Shown here: positions 1 through 13,079 of the stretch, piece by piece
Numbering within the stretch: the first letter of the stretch is position 1
How the letters are laid out: each line of letters starts with the position of its first letter
Origin: Epiperipatus broadwayi
Taxonomy: Eukaryota > Animalia > Onychophora
DNA: 64,000 bases
NCBI GenBank assembly: GCA_028023455.1
Contig: JAQFVV010000009.1
Span: 9,238,001-9,302,000, forward strand
Direction: 5' to 3'
Notes under the pieces: model-generated
Databases searched by the model: none
Seen by the model: the letters and a program-made list of their open reading frames with translations, nothing else
Told to the model about the DNA's origin: nothing
Program-made: the position numbers and the translations under genes

Positions 1-499
1 AGAAGGAACACAGATAATAATTAGTCAATTATGTTATAGAAAATGAGCACTTTTTTAACATAAATATTTATTTTATGATGACAAACTTTATAATAATAAT
101 GTTAAGTTTTTGTGATGCCAATAAAATACACAATCTATTCTTTATAAAAATTGTAAATAGGTTTGAAGTAAATAAGATTAATATTCACTTTATATATTAA
201 TAGATTAAAATATATGAACCTTAATTAACAGATTAAAACCAGATTTGTTTAAATTACTAAATAAAAATATGTACAATGGAATCCCCACATCCATCGCATT
301 TTGTTTCAAGTCATCTAGCAGATGGCAAGAATTAGCAGATAATAGTAAACAATTTTTATAATGTTTTATGTATATTGTTTTGAAATATAAATATACTTGC
401 AGAACAAACATTTAAACATATACATATATGATCAAATACTGATAATGTATAAAAAAATTTAGTCATGTATCACATGACCTAATCTTACTACCCTAACGC

Positions 500-539
500 C
501 TCACTGAAGAGTGCCCAAGCATGAAACCATTGATCTGAG
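500..539 (+). ncRNA. Minimal type I hammerhead ribozyme-like motif (family B, probably degenerate)
   Basis: CTCA-CTGAAGA-GTGC-CCAA-GCAT-GAAA-CCATTG-ATC-TGAG: helix I CUCA/UGAG, core CUGAAGA, helix II GUGC/GCAU, GAAA, NUH triplet AUC; helix III has a C-A mismatch. Confidence 0.6.
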
Positions 540-1938
540 CTCAGGATGTGGTTTCTAGATAGAGATTTTTAAAATGCTTTCTCTTGCTGGAATTTATCAA
601 TGAAAGCTTGTTAGAACAATTAGCATAGCTCAGTGTTTCTTTTTTTACTTATAATATATTTTAATTTAAATATTAGTTCAGTATATTCATTTTCAATAAT
701 TAATAAAAAAAGATAAACCTAAAATCAAGTTGAAACAATTTTTTGTGTGTCAATGAAGAGCAAACAGATTTTTTAAAAAATAAACGGTCTTACTATAAAC
801 AATGAAATTGATTAAAAATGTGTTTTAAATTAGAAGGATACTTCCTCTTTCTACTTTTTTTTTTTTTTCATGTGTCATAGCATCAGCTGGGAAGTGAAAC
901 CGCTAACCCGGGACAATTGCTTATAAGACAAATTTGCTGACCTCTCAACCACCAACGCTTGACTACTTTATCAATGGTGACTTTAAAATACAAAGTGCCA
1001 GAAGCAACTTTCTTTGCTTGTTTGCTTATGCCTATAAATATTTTAATTTCTTTTAAAAAAATATCCACAAATAGTTCAATATATTTAAGAAACTAAATAG
1101 AATGCCAAAATGACTATTTTAGTATAGTAATGTAGACAAAAAAAAATACATTTAAGCACTTATGCAATTACTTTAACATTAAAATTATACATACACACAC
1201 ATTTTTTGAAAATAATAAGTAGATGAAAACTGATGACTGATGTTTAAAAAAATGTAATATATACAAAATATTCTGTTGGTTCATGTCACCAAGTGATTAT
1301 AACAAGAATTAGAAAACTAAAATTTTATTTTAATTATGATTTTTTTTTATTTTTGCTTACTGTTTTTTTTTCAGATAATAAGTGAAATATCAGATATTAT
1401 GGCTTTCATTGTACATGAAAAAAAAAATTGAAGAATAGGCATTAATTTTAAATAGCAAAATGTTTTTAGGATTTTTAGAATTTTAATTTGATTAGAAAAT
1501 TGTAAAATAACAAACTTGATTTTTGATTCATATGTTAATTGGTTAAAGTATTTTTTAGGCTTAATTTAAAAAATTTCAAAAACTAATCTGAATTTTTTCT
1601 AGAATAAAAAAAAAATACTTATATAAGTAGTGATAAATTTAATTGAGTTGACAATCTTTAAGGATAAGCATGAGATTAAAAAGATAAATTGTTTTTTGAA
1701 GGAATTAATAGTTTTTTTTTGGAAAGAAATGTATTTGCTTTTAATAAGGACTGAAGAATGAGTTAATTTATTCTTTATTTACTTTTCCATTTTCTTTTTT
1801 TTTTAAAAAAAAAAAAGATTTCTGTTATATTATTTGTAATTTTTTAAAATCATGTTGGTAATATATAATGTCTAATTTTTTTTTCTGCATTTTTTCAGAT
1901 AAAATATGTTTGTACTACTGTTTTATATTTATTTAACT

Positions 1939-3435
1939 CAGCCATGTACAAGTTGTGGTTCTTTATGACAGTGGGCCGCAGAAGTTTTCTGCCGGTCCAC
2001 GCTAGACTGACAAAAAAGTATGTAATAACAAAATAATATGATTTTAAACTTTTAATTAATATAAACAATTTTTATTTATTTTTTCATTGCATTTTTACCC
2101 GATTAAAAAAAAAGAAACAGAACAAAAACAAAATCTAATCAATCATACACATAAATTAATTTGTTTTTTTTTATTTATCACAGATGTTTAGGGGGGTGGC
2201 AGAATTAAATTTTTTATTATTTTTTCTAAAAAAATTCAAAATTTAAAAAAAAAAAAAATTTATTATACAAATTCCGGTTGTCTTTTGATAGCCAATCACA
2301 GCCGTTTTGTCGGCATTGTTTATGTGTTAAAACAATAAAATGTAACGTTACCAGGCCGCAATTATAAAAATACGATGACTTTTTTGATCTCTTAAATTTT
2401 TTCTATTCCTTCTTTTAATATTTCATTTTTATGTTGTTGTTTTTTTGTTTATATGGCGATTTTGTTTTTGCTTTAACTTTTATTTTTGAAATCAATTTTT
2501 ATTATCTTTTTTTAAAAATAAAAACCAAAAAACAACTTCTGTCTCTAACTTTTACCCCCACCCCAAAATAAAGTAAAATCAAAACTTTTGACTTTTTCAA
2601 GTTCCAGTTGTTTTTTGTTTAAAAATACAGCCACTTTTTTTTGGCCTCTAAGGCGATATAAAACCAATTTTTATTACCTTTTTTTAAAAATAAAAACAAA
2701 CCAAAAGTAACTTTTGTCTCAGTGAAGACAAAGTATTTCTCAACCCACTCCTTCCCAAAAAATTAAAAATAAGATCTTTTTTGGCTTTAACTTTTATTTT
2801 TGAAATCAATTTTTATCACCTTTCTTTAAAAAGAAAAACAACCAAAAAAATTATGTCTCTAACTTTTACAAAGTATTTCTCAATCCACCCCCCTCCCCCA
2901 AATTAAAATAAAATGAAAACTTTAGACTTTTTCAAGTTTCATTTTCCTTTTCTTTTGTTTAAAAATACACCCACTTTCTTTTGGCCTATAAGGCGATATT
3001 TTTTTTGGCTTTATTTGTATACCGCTAATATACTAAAACTTTTATTTTTAAAACCAATTTCTGTTACCTTTTTTAAAAAATAAAAACAAACAAAAATAAC
3101 ATTGGTCCCTATCTTTTGTCTCAGGGAAGACAAAGTATTTCTCATCCCCCCCTTCCAAATAAGATCAAAACTTTTGACTTTTTTAACTTTCGTTGTCTTT
3201 TTTTTTTTTTTTTTAAAGACGGCGACTATATGGTGATTTTTTTTTTTGGCTTTATTTCTATTACGCAATGTCTATTTTGCCAATTTTAAAAAAACTTTTC
3301 CTATTAATTACATTTTTTGATCTTTTCAACACACCAGCACAAAAAAAATTACAATAACATCAAAACTTCACATTTTTACATGTTTCGTTTTATTTTTTCA
3401 GATTTAAAATATGGCAAATTTTTTTTTGGCTGTAA
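1939..3435 (+). mobile_element. Non-autonomous hAT (Buster-type) element, truncated copy
   Basis: 2001-3435 is the reverse complement of ~13570-15050 (e.g. ctagactgacaaaaaagtatgtaataacaaaataat vs ctagactggcaagaaagtttgtaataacaaaataat). Degenerate CAG-start terminus at 1939; internal ~200-bp subrepeats; the other terminus is missing. Confidence 0.75.
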
Positions 3436-3538
3436 TAACTAAATGGGTGGTATGCCTAAGATTTAGAATAAAAAACAATCACCTAGAGAGAAATATCATG
3501 ATACAGTATTGAGATTACTTGCAAAAATATGTAATTTT

Positions 3539-3998
3539 ATGCAAGCGATAGCAAGTTATGTGATATATAACTTGTTTTGTTTTTCATAAATGCACCTTTA
3601 AAGGTTTTTGCAATGATATATATTGCAGAGGCTTTGACTATGTGGTGAAACTGAACTGATATCAGACCCATGTAGCTATCTGGCTAGTTAGGCTGGGTTT
3701 GAAGGCATTACGTGTCTGAAAAATTCATGCTTGCAAACTGATAGGAACTTGTTGCATAAACGCTTGGAGTCAGTGTTTAGATCTAGTTTCTAGCCCTATC
3801 CTTCATTGATGATAGCAAATTAGTTTGAAATCAGCTGATTTGAAGGTGAAACCAACAAAAGAGATAGTGAATTCTGACTCTTTTGACGTTTATGTAAACA
3901 AATATACGCTTGTCGGAGGTTTTGGTAAAGCTCCATCTATTGATCATAAATGCAAGCGATAGCAAGTTACGTGATATATAACATTTTGTTTTTCATAT
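3539..3998. repeat. 411-bp unit bounded by a ~50-bp direct repeat
   Basis: atgcaagcgatagcaagtta(t/c)gtgatatataac...ttgtttttcat at 3539 and again at 3950. Confidence 0.7.
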
Positions 3999-3999
3999 A

Positions 4000-5190
4000 T
4001 ATCTGGGTTTCTTTTTACACAGACTTATTTAACACGATTTTGAAGTTATGCGATTCGTGTTTCACCGGAAGTCGACCTCCGATAATGCGCTATTACTTTA
4101 AATAATAAATTTTGCGCACTTACGTTATATTGAAAGTAATAGCACATTATTGGAATTCTACTTTCATCTTAGTAATTTCAATATTTTCAGTGCTTTATAA
4201 TAGTAAGATTATATGCAATAATGAAATTAAAATCATGATTTCCACATTTTATGTATACACACATTAAAATTTACAAGATTATAATGTAAATTTGTTCAAA
4301 CATTGTGCGTGTTAATTTTGCATTTTAAATCACATTCTGTTTTTGCTTTTTAAAAAAGAACGTAATCAATTATTAATCATTTAGTGTCCACAAGTTTATT
4401 TTTAAAAGGTCAGTAATAGCAGTGGGCACAATTAAAAATTAAAATCTGATTTTTAATTGTAATTAACAATTTAAAAATTACTTACGGGCGACTTGAAATT
4501 AATGTGATGTAAAACGAAATTTGATTTTTAAACGGAATTGAAAATTAAAGGCAAAAATAAGAATTTAATTTTTAGTTGTTAATTTTAATTAAATTTTTCC
4601 CAGCAGTGGTGAATAAATGTTTTTTTATTATCATAAGTCTAAGTTCATAAACAATTAATAAAATCATTGTCGTCGTCAACAGAAAACTATTAACACAACA
4701 TGAGAGTGAACTTGGCGCTAGTTGTATTTCCTCTTGTGAGAATAATTGCTGAGATATTCTTGACTTCGTTTAAGGAGAAGCCAAATACAACACATCACAT
4801 CACATGAGAATCTGATTTTTTACTAGTTTGCAAATGAACGTGCTATTGGGCAAATAGCGATAATAATTAAAACCTGAATAAAAAAATATAAATTACTGTA
4901 CTGTAAATTATGCATGAAAATATATTATTTTGAATAAAATTAAATATTATAGTTAAAAAAAATTTGTCTTGTATCAATTTTTTTCAAATTTGAAATTTTT
5001 TATTAGTCATATTTTTTTTTTGCGTGAATTTTAAAGTAATTTTACGTTGGCGCTTTGCTTTTACACGAATTTTGAAAAATCACAGACCGCATCCCCCCTT
5101 TTTCAATGTAAGTTACGTCTATTTTTGCGCGATTTCGTTTGCGCGTGTTTTCTGAGGAACCTATCTATCACGTAAAACGAGACCCAGGTA
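4000..5190. mobile_element. Tc1/pogo-type non-autonomous element (MITE), copy 1
   Basis: Imperfect TIRs TATCTGGGTTTCTTTTTAC / CGTAAAACGAGACCCAGGTA flanked by TA; homologous in reverse complement to 11626-12789. Confidence 0.75.
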
Positions 5191-6799
5191 TATATATATA
5201 TTAAAAAATACCAATAATAAACAAAAAATATGACAAAGAATGAAAACATACATAATAAAAAAATAATTAAATGTAATAATTTAATATTTTAAACAGCAAT
5301 AAATGTTATTTTTTATTTTTGAATTATATGCATAAACATATTATCATTTCCCCCTAATATCAGTCCAAGCAGAAAGTAAAATTTGTTTTTAATATACATA
5401 GTACAATATATAAACAAGATATAACAAGGCGCCATACATAAAGCAAATTATGAATTAATATGTTAAATTATTAATCTAACCAACTAATGAAAAGTTAATC
5501 GGTCAAAATTCTAACAACTATATATTTATATTTAATAATAAACTTCATTTAATTATTATCATTAATTTCATTTTTCTCATATTTTTTGTGCTCTTTTTGA
5601 TCCTATAAACAGCCTTATATACAAATGCATTAATTTTACCTAGATACTCCAATTATGAAATTGTCATTTATTATATCAATCAATGATATATTATAGTTTT
5701 GGCAGAATATTTTTCCACATGAATAGATTTTTTTAAAATATGAAACAACAGTCACAACTTTGACATTCATCTTTTTTTTTTTTAATTAAATGAAAATATG
5801 GCAACATTATCAATGAAAATCATGCATGGTCATAATTGATTATGAATACAACATTTTCTCAATATTAATTCAATGCAAGTAATTCTAGGCTTACTAGTAT
5901 GCTTTAAAAGTTTGTCAAATTATCCTGGTTTATTATATTTTATTACTATTATTATTTTGTTCCTATTATAGTATAATAATGATTTTATTAAAGAAACAAA
6001 CAAAAAAAAAAGAATTTAAAACTGTGCTGAACTTTGCTAAGATGCATGTAGCACTGATCAAAATAAAAGCTTTATTTTATGTATATGGCATGAGTGACAG
6101 TGATTGTGAAAGTATTTTAGACATTGAAAGATCATATCAAGAAGAGTTTTAGATATATACATTTAGGCGATGAGAACTATTAAATTGTTCTTATCTATTA
6201 CTTAAGTTTTCTATTACAATGGTTTTCCTGCCTATATTACTTTTTTTTGTCATGCCTTAGTAAATTGATGAATTAAAATTTCAATGTACTGTATATAATA
6301 TACAGTAATCTTTCCATAGCTCTGATTTCAGTTATTCATCATTTGAAAAAATATTAAATAAAAAGAAATTAATAAAGAAAGTAATGAAAAACAGTTTTTT
6401 AATTTTCTACATTTTAATTTTTTTAATTCACATTTACTGGGCTTCATGAAAACATCACAAATAAATAATTGATACAATCTTTTTTAATAAAACTTAAATT
6501 TTCTAATTTAAAATACAATCACTTATCTTTTCCAATTCATCATAAGAAATATTGTAAAAAGATTTGTTATCATTTTTTTTTTTTTTTTTAAAAAAAAAAA
6601 GATATTATCTTTTTTAAAAAAAAAAGATACAAAACTTGATAACCTTAAGCTCTTTTTAATTATTCTTTTAATACACCTTAAAAATAATAATGTCATCTTT
6701 TTGAGAATTTTTTATTAAAGGATGCAGAATTTTTTAATATAATTTTTGTTGTTTTTTTTTTCTTCTTGAAGTATGATTTTTTAAAAATATATTATATAT

Positions 6800-6940
6800 A
6801 TATTGACTAGTTGATTACTCAGAAGTTTGTAAAAAGCTTGAGTACCAGAAATGACAGGGGTCAAACTGTGATACATGGACCTTTGAGCTCTATAGTTATC
6901 ATTCTGTTCTTACACTAAACCATATAAGGCAATTATAAAT
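6800..6940 (-). mobile_element. Degenerate tRNA-derived SINE
   Basis: Minus-strand tail ctggtactcaagctttttacaaacttctgag matches the tail of the SINE at 55270-55393 (ctgatactcaagcttcttatgaactcctgag); head similarity is weak. Confidence 0.4.
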
Positions 6941-7113
6941 ATACTTAATATAAATTATGAAAAAGTTTGCATTATAAATATGTGTGTTAAAAATACATAT
7001 AATATATTGTTTGATGTTTTTCATGAATTTCAATATTCTGATAAAACTTAAAATCAAATAACCGACTTTTGTACAAAACAATAAAGTATCATATACTATC
7101 AAACAAAGGTTAC

Positions 7114-7164
7114 CTGCAATAATCGGCAAGTGTGATATTTTCATGTGATATCACAGATCCATGG
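7114..7164 (-). CDS. Candidate internal exon of an unidentified host gene (xHGSVISHENITLADYC)
   Basis: ttttaag| acceptor and AG|GTAACC donor; 51 bp with one open frame (phase 2-2). No homology recognised. Confidence 0.3.
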
Positions 7165-7446
7165 CTTAAAATAAGCTAAAAATAAAAATAAATATATTTA
7201 ATTTTAGAGCAATAACCTACATTGTATTACAATTATGGTATAATCTCAAAGTAAGATCTGAAATGGAAATAATTACTAGTGCAGATAACAATTATAAAAT
7301 TAAAATAAATTATATAAGTCCATCACATTATACCTCATTCTATTGGATTAATTTATTATAGAACTTTAATGCTAAAACTTTGCTTCTTAATATATATATA
7401 TTGTACCACTTCGATCTTCTTTTGATCACCGAGGGCGCCACTAGAT

Positions 7447-9425
7447 CACTAACTATGGAAATAATAGGTTTACAGAAAGTGAACTGCATAAGACAGGAAG
7501 GAATTTGAAAAGTGGAAAGGCAAGAGGTTTAGATGGATGAGCAGCAGAGACGGTAATGAATTTAGGGCATAGGCAAAAGTAAAGATATTATCATGTTTTA
7601 ATAAGATGGCACAGAAGAGTTTTACTGGGTAGTTCAAATAATACAAGAGTAAGATTTATTATTTAAAGGAAAGGATCATAGAAAGTTAAGCAATTATAGA
7701 CCGATAGCAGTAACATCAGTTTTATATAAAGTTTTTTCATATATGGTGGCTGGAAGCATTGCAAAATGGATGAAGAAAATAATATAGTGGGGGAAATGCA
7801 AGGAATTTTAGGTCAGATGGGCATATAGGAGATAGTTAATTTGTAGTTACACCACTTATGGATATGAGTAGAAATTCAGATAGATGGTTATATATGAGTT
7901 TCATAGATGTAGAGAAGGCATATGATAGAGTAAATAAAAATAGATTATGGATAAGTTTAGCAAATTTGGGAATGGATGAAATTTAGTGGCTATTACTAAG
8001 AAATTATATGAAAATAATTACTATAATAATCAATTAGGGGATATAAAATTAGTTAAAGTTAAAAATGAGGTGGAACTAAGGCAATGATGCCCTATGTCAC
8101 CTATTTTGTTTTGGTTGTATTTGAGTAAAATGGAGAAAGCAATAGAAAGACTAGGAAAGAGGGATAGAGATACCGTTAATAGGTGGGAAGGGAGTATATA
8201 TTTTGTCAGGTCTTTTTTTTTTTTGGATAATGTCTTTTTGTGTGCATAAAGAAGAGAAGACATGGAAGTTATGCTGAGGACATGTGCAAGGGTGGGCAAA
8301 GAGATGGGAATTAAATTTAGTGAAGAAAAATCAAAGATAATGATGGTTAATACTGCGGAAAGAGAGGACAAAGAATTTTTATTGGGGGATATAAAATTAC
8401 GTGTGATGAATAGATATAGTTATTTGGGAATCATCTTGAGTAATCAGAAAAATTGCTTGGATGAATCTAAGAAAAAATTGACAAATGAAGCAAAAAAAAG
8501 AAAGGGATTGATAAAGAAATTAACAGTGTTTTCATATAATAAATATGATGTAGCTAGAATTGTATGGAAAGGAGTAGCAGTAGCAGGGTTAAGATATATC
8601 AATGATGCATTATATATTATAAAAGGGTATTAGATTACTTAGAAAAAGTACAAAGGGAAGTAGGAAGACATGCATTAGATGCAGATGTGTGGAGAACAAA
8701 AGAGGTAATTCAAGGAAAAATGGGATGGTCAAGTTTTTATATGAGAGATGCAAAAAGCAAAATGAAAATGTTCAGTAGATTAGAGTTTATAAATAATAAA
8801 AGTATAACCAAAATGGTATTTAATTGGGTTATGAATAAAGGGCAGGCAACAAGATGGGTGAGAAAGATATTACAGTATGCAGAAGTCTGGATAAAGAACT
8901 TATATTAGTTTACTTGTACTTGAGGTGGGATGATTGTGTTAGGAGGATTGTTGAATGTTATAATGGTAAGAAATGGGAAAGAAGAATAGATGTATTAATA
9001 AAGAATAGGAGTTGGAGAGGTTCGAATGTGATCTTTAGCAACTAGGGAATATACACATAAATGGAAAAATATGGGTGATTTAGTCTGAAAGTTATGTAAG
9101 AAAGGCATAGATAATATTAGGCATCTGTTGATTCAATGTAAATGCTTGAAAGCAGAAAGGGTACAAATAATAAAGTTATGGAAGACTAAATATAAACAAA
9201 GTGATTATACAGAAAGTGGATTATTGGTTTTTATTCTGGATTTGGAAACAGATAAGGGGGATTTAGATATAAAGGCCATAAAGTTGACAAAGATTATGTT
9301 GTGGAAATGGGATGGAGCAGGATATAAAGAAACTTACAGTGGGGAATAGAAAGGGAAGATAAAATGGCTAACAGGTTTCTCTGGACATAGTTGCTGAAAG
9401 ATTACTGACTTCATATAAGAAGAAG
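7447..9425 (+). mobile_element. 5'-truncated non-LTR retrotransposon (LINE), RT pseudogene
   Basis: Decayed RT motifs NYRPIAVTSVLYK (~7692), FIDVEKAYDRV (~7900), LRQ*CPMSPILF (~8076), YSYLGIIL (ORF 8262-8633); C-terminal LCKKGIDNIRHLLIQC Zn-like motif; (AAG)3 tail at 9417-9425; many stops and frameshifts. Confidence 0.9.
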
Positions 9426-10609
9426 TCACAGTGCATCACATCACATAAAAAATTTAATTTACGGTGATCCAAAAGTTGATGATAATGAATGCTATCAACT
9501 AGACCCAGGGAGAGAAAGAGATTTTTAACATTGTTCAGACAATTGAAAAAAGAACAGAGAGACGAATGTCAGCCCGAAATAATTTTAAAGTTTATTAAAT
9601 TCAAAAAGTAAATAAATATTAGTCAAACAATATATGAAAGTTTGACCTAGATTTCTTCAGCAGATTTATCAGAGAGTGAACGAAAGTATGGCAATATTAA
9701 ACACCCTGGTAGATAAGTTTGTTTTCTCATCAAAAAATTAAAAGGGATTTGTCTTCCTGCTAGTGATTTATATAAACAAATTCCAGTTTTCCTTTATTTA
9801 GAGATTTCAAAAGAAAATAATATTGCGACAAAACAGCGCAAAGTGATCTTTTCCTATAACCCGATAAAACCTCGGGATTATAAGAGTGTCATTTGTCTGC
9901 AAACACCCATCACTGGCCATGTTAAAGATCACCAAGGGCGATTCCATCAAGAGAAAAAGAAAAGATTACAATATTTCATAATCTAAAATACAAGAAAACA
10001 AAATCTCCACTAAGAAAAACAGAACAATATATTCAATAAACTGCTAGCCAAAAGATTTGCAGTCTGCAGGAAACACAAACCAAGATTGTCTAAATAAATT
10101 ATAATGAAGGAATAAGGGATAGGTGAGTTAAAAGAAAAGTATTAATATTTGCCCAAGCATTTATCAATGGTTAGTAATACAAAAGAGAAATAAACAGTAT
10201 AAACTCTAAATGCACACTACACTCTCTGACAAATAAATTTACAATATGAAGTCTTAAAACTAAGACTCCAATAATAAAATACATAATAAAATAATTAATG
10301 AGTATGCATGACTTTTTATAAAGACAGGTTTCTTTTTAAGATTAAGCTGAGACTATAACATAGAGATTTAAGCCTTGGTTAAAATTAAAAATCTTTTACC
10401 TTGAGGCATAATGTTCTGTACATAGAGTTATTCCAGCAGAGTACACAAAGTTCTTTCTAACTCAAATATATCATGATGATATTTGTTCTCCAGTAATCTG
10501 GCTATAGCATCTGAGACAACTTTTAGGATCAGTATTCAAACTAGATGATTAGGTCATGTTATTGAAGGCCCAATTATGGGCTCTGGGGTTCATCTTTGGG
10601 TTGACTTAC

Positions 10610-10724
10610 CACTGCATATTGTTAAGATTTCTCATGACATATATTTTTGGCATGGCAAATGGATGGTCACTATTAGCACAGTCAATAGTAAATACTATTA
10701 GTAATCCCACTTCAGTGATCCACA
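10610..10724 (-). CDS. Candidate exon (VWITEVGLLIVFTIDCANSDHPFAMPKIYVMRNLNNMQ)
   Basis: Long pyrimidine tract ending gcttag|, canonical GTAAGT donor, 115-bp open frame. Could instead be a decayed TE ORF. Confidence 0.35.
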
Positions 10725-11625
10725 CTAAGCAATTAGTAAATATAAAAATTAGAATCAAAATAAGAAACACAATAATAGAAGCAGAATAATAATCCAGTCA
10801 AAAACCTAGGATTATTTATGTGAACTGTCATCTGTCACCTAATCTTTAGTTAAAAGTTTTGAACAGGATAAATCTCTATCTCCCACTTAATTAAAAACAA
10901 AATCTGACCAAGGCTCTTATCTTATTCAAAATTTTAAAAAAATCTCAGCTTTTAAAAATAGATTAAAACCAACAAAATTAAAAGAAACTTTGCTTGCTTT
11001 TAATTACTGTAATGAAAAAAAAAACATGAGACAAAAGAAAATTATTTTAAGCTAAAATTTTTAAAAAAGTAAAATGACAGAATTTTAAAATATAAATGAA
11101 TATGTGCTTTATTCCACATATTCTTAATACATAAAAAATAATAAAGAAAACTTTTAAATACAACTAACTTTATAAATATAAATGCTAGTTTTAATTTTGC
11201 GATAGTTGCCTTTGAAGCAGATGCTTCATCTGGTTCAACAGCACCATCATGCCATAAAAAAAATAAAAAAATTACATACTATTATAATTTTTTTTTTAAA
11301 TGTTGAAACATTTACCCCCCTCTTAGAAACCCAACTGAATGTTTGACCTGCATCCTGTCTACTGAGCTATCCTATATACTTCAAATTTAACTTCTCACAA
11401 AAAATATTTTATTCTCTTTATTTAACTTTATCTCCATTCTCATAATTATGTAAGCAATTTTTTTAAAAAAAAGTCCCCCCTGCAACTACAATATTCCTTT
11501 AACTCTTTCTTGTGAATCTGTCCTATTTGTCTACTTTAATAATCTTGTTGCTATCTTCTGCAGAATCTTCCATTTTCCAGGAGTTAATAGCTTTAGATAT
11601 TTCACTCATTGAACAATTATGAGTA

Positions 11626-12789
11626 CACTTGGGTCTCTTTTTATGCAGTAGATAGGTTCCACAAAAAACCCACATTAAAAAAACACACAAAAATAGACTT
11701 AACTTACCTTGAAAAATGTGAGATAGGTTCCAAAATTTTCAAAAATCGCATAAAAGCAAAGCAACAACATAAAATTACTTTAAAATTTGCATAAAAAAAT
11801 AAGAAAATAAAGTATGATGTCTAATAAAAAATTTCAAAAATTTGAAAAAAAATTGATACAAGACAAACTTTTTTTATTAAGTATTTAATTTTATTCAAAA
11901 CAATACGTTTTTATGTGTAATTTATTTTACATTTTTTCATATATATTTTAATCATTATCGCTATTTGACAATATGTGGTTTGTTTGTGAATTGATAAGAC
12001 ATCAGATTCGTCATAAGAGGAAATACAATTAGCACCAACTTCACTTTCGTACTGTGTTAATCATTTTCTGTTGACAATGTAATTGGTAATTAAATTTTGA
12101 GTTGATGATTTTACTAATTGTTTATGAAGCTTGCAAGAATGCACTTCCATGAGTGCAATTATATATATGTATATATAATAGCTTCCATGAGTGTGCTAAT
12201 CATTAATGACTAATGGTTAAATTTTCTTTTATAAACATATATACATGGAGAAACTTTTAGACAGAAAAAAGTTACAAGTAAAAATATGTAAAAACTTTTT
12301 AAGTAGAAATTAAAAGTTCTTAACTATTTTTACTTGTAACTTTTTTCTGTCTAAAAGTTTCACCATGTATATATGTATATAAAAGAAAATATAAACATAC
12401 ACATACATAATACAGGCATACAATTATTTAGCTCTCATTGGAATTTAGTTCATAAGTCATGTCGTTAACAAGAAAATTATTTTCCAATTGATTAGAAAGT
12501 TGAAGACTTTCTCGAATCATTTTTGCTGAGAAACAAACAGGTTACACTTCTGTTTCATTATCTTTTTCTAAATCTTCTATGGTATCTAAATTTATTGCCA
12601 AATTTTTTTTCACCAGTTATTTAAAATATGTGAAATTGTGTGTATATAAAACGGGAAAATCCCGATTTTAAATGAAATATGAATTTCTTTATCGCATAAA
12701 AAAAACCTCATAAAAAGATATTAAGAAGAAACATCAATCGCATAACTTCAAAAGCACATTAAAAAAATTCACACAAAGAGACCCAGGTG
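11626..12789. mobile_element. Tc1/pogo-type MITE, copy 2
   Basis: TIRs CACTTGGGTCTCTTT / AAAGAGACCCAGGTG with TA duplication (11624-11625, 12790-12791); inverted homolog of 4000-5190. Confidence 0.85.
12221..12390. repeat. Near-perfect palindrome (~65-bp arms), probable small TA-flanked MITE nested in MITE copy 2
   Basis: catggagaaacttttagacagaaaaaagttacaagtaaaaata ... tatttttacttgtaacttttttctgtctaaaagtttcaccatg; not seen in the sister copy at 4000-5190. Confidence 0.8.
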
Positions 12790-13079
12790 TATTTCTCTTA
12801 AAACAAGAAGCAGCATTTCCAGTCATTTCTACCACATATACCTGAAAACCCTTTTGCTGATCAAAACTCCACATTTTTTGAAAGTATCTCACTTTATTAT
12901 TTATAGTATCAACACTAGTAAATGGAAAGAATTCATCTTCTATAATCTTTTTGAATGTTTTAAATAAGATTGCTCTATAAGTAGCTTCTATTTCTGCTTC
13001 CAAATCATATTCCCTACACTTTCTCCTAACACTTTTCTTAATTTCAAATTCATGTTCAAAACAAACAGTTACTTTAGTC

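Noticed and set aside
3011-3268. Short ORFs from the track such as 3011-3268, 13726-13917, 32073-32354, 33223-33471, 35363-35632, 47797-48192 and 55708-55959
   Set aside because: They lie in MITEs, LTRs, family A or low-complexity AT sequence, often antisense to TE frames; no coding support.
7401-7450. CpG-containing TGTACC...GAGGGCGCCAC block before the LINE, with a partial inverted match at 9462-9480
   Set aside because: The match is only ~15 bp and gapped; no TIR/TSD pair or element class can be supported.
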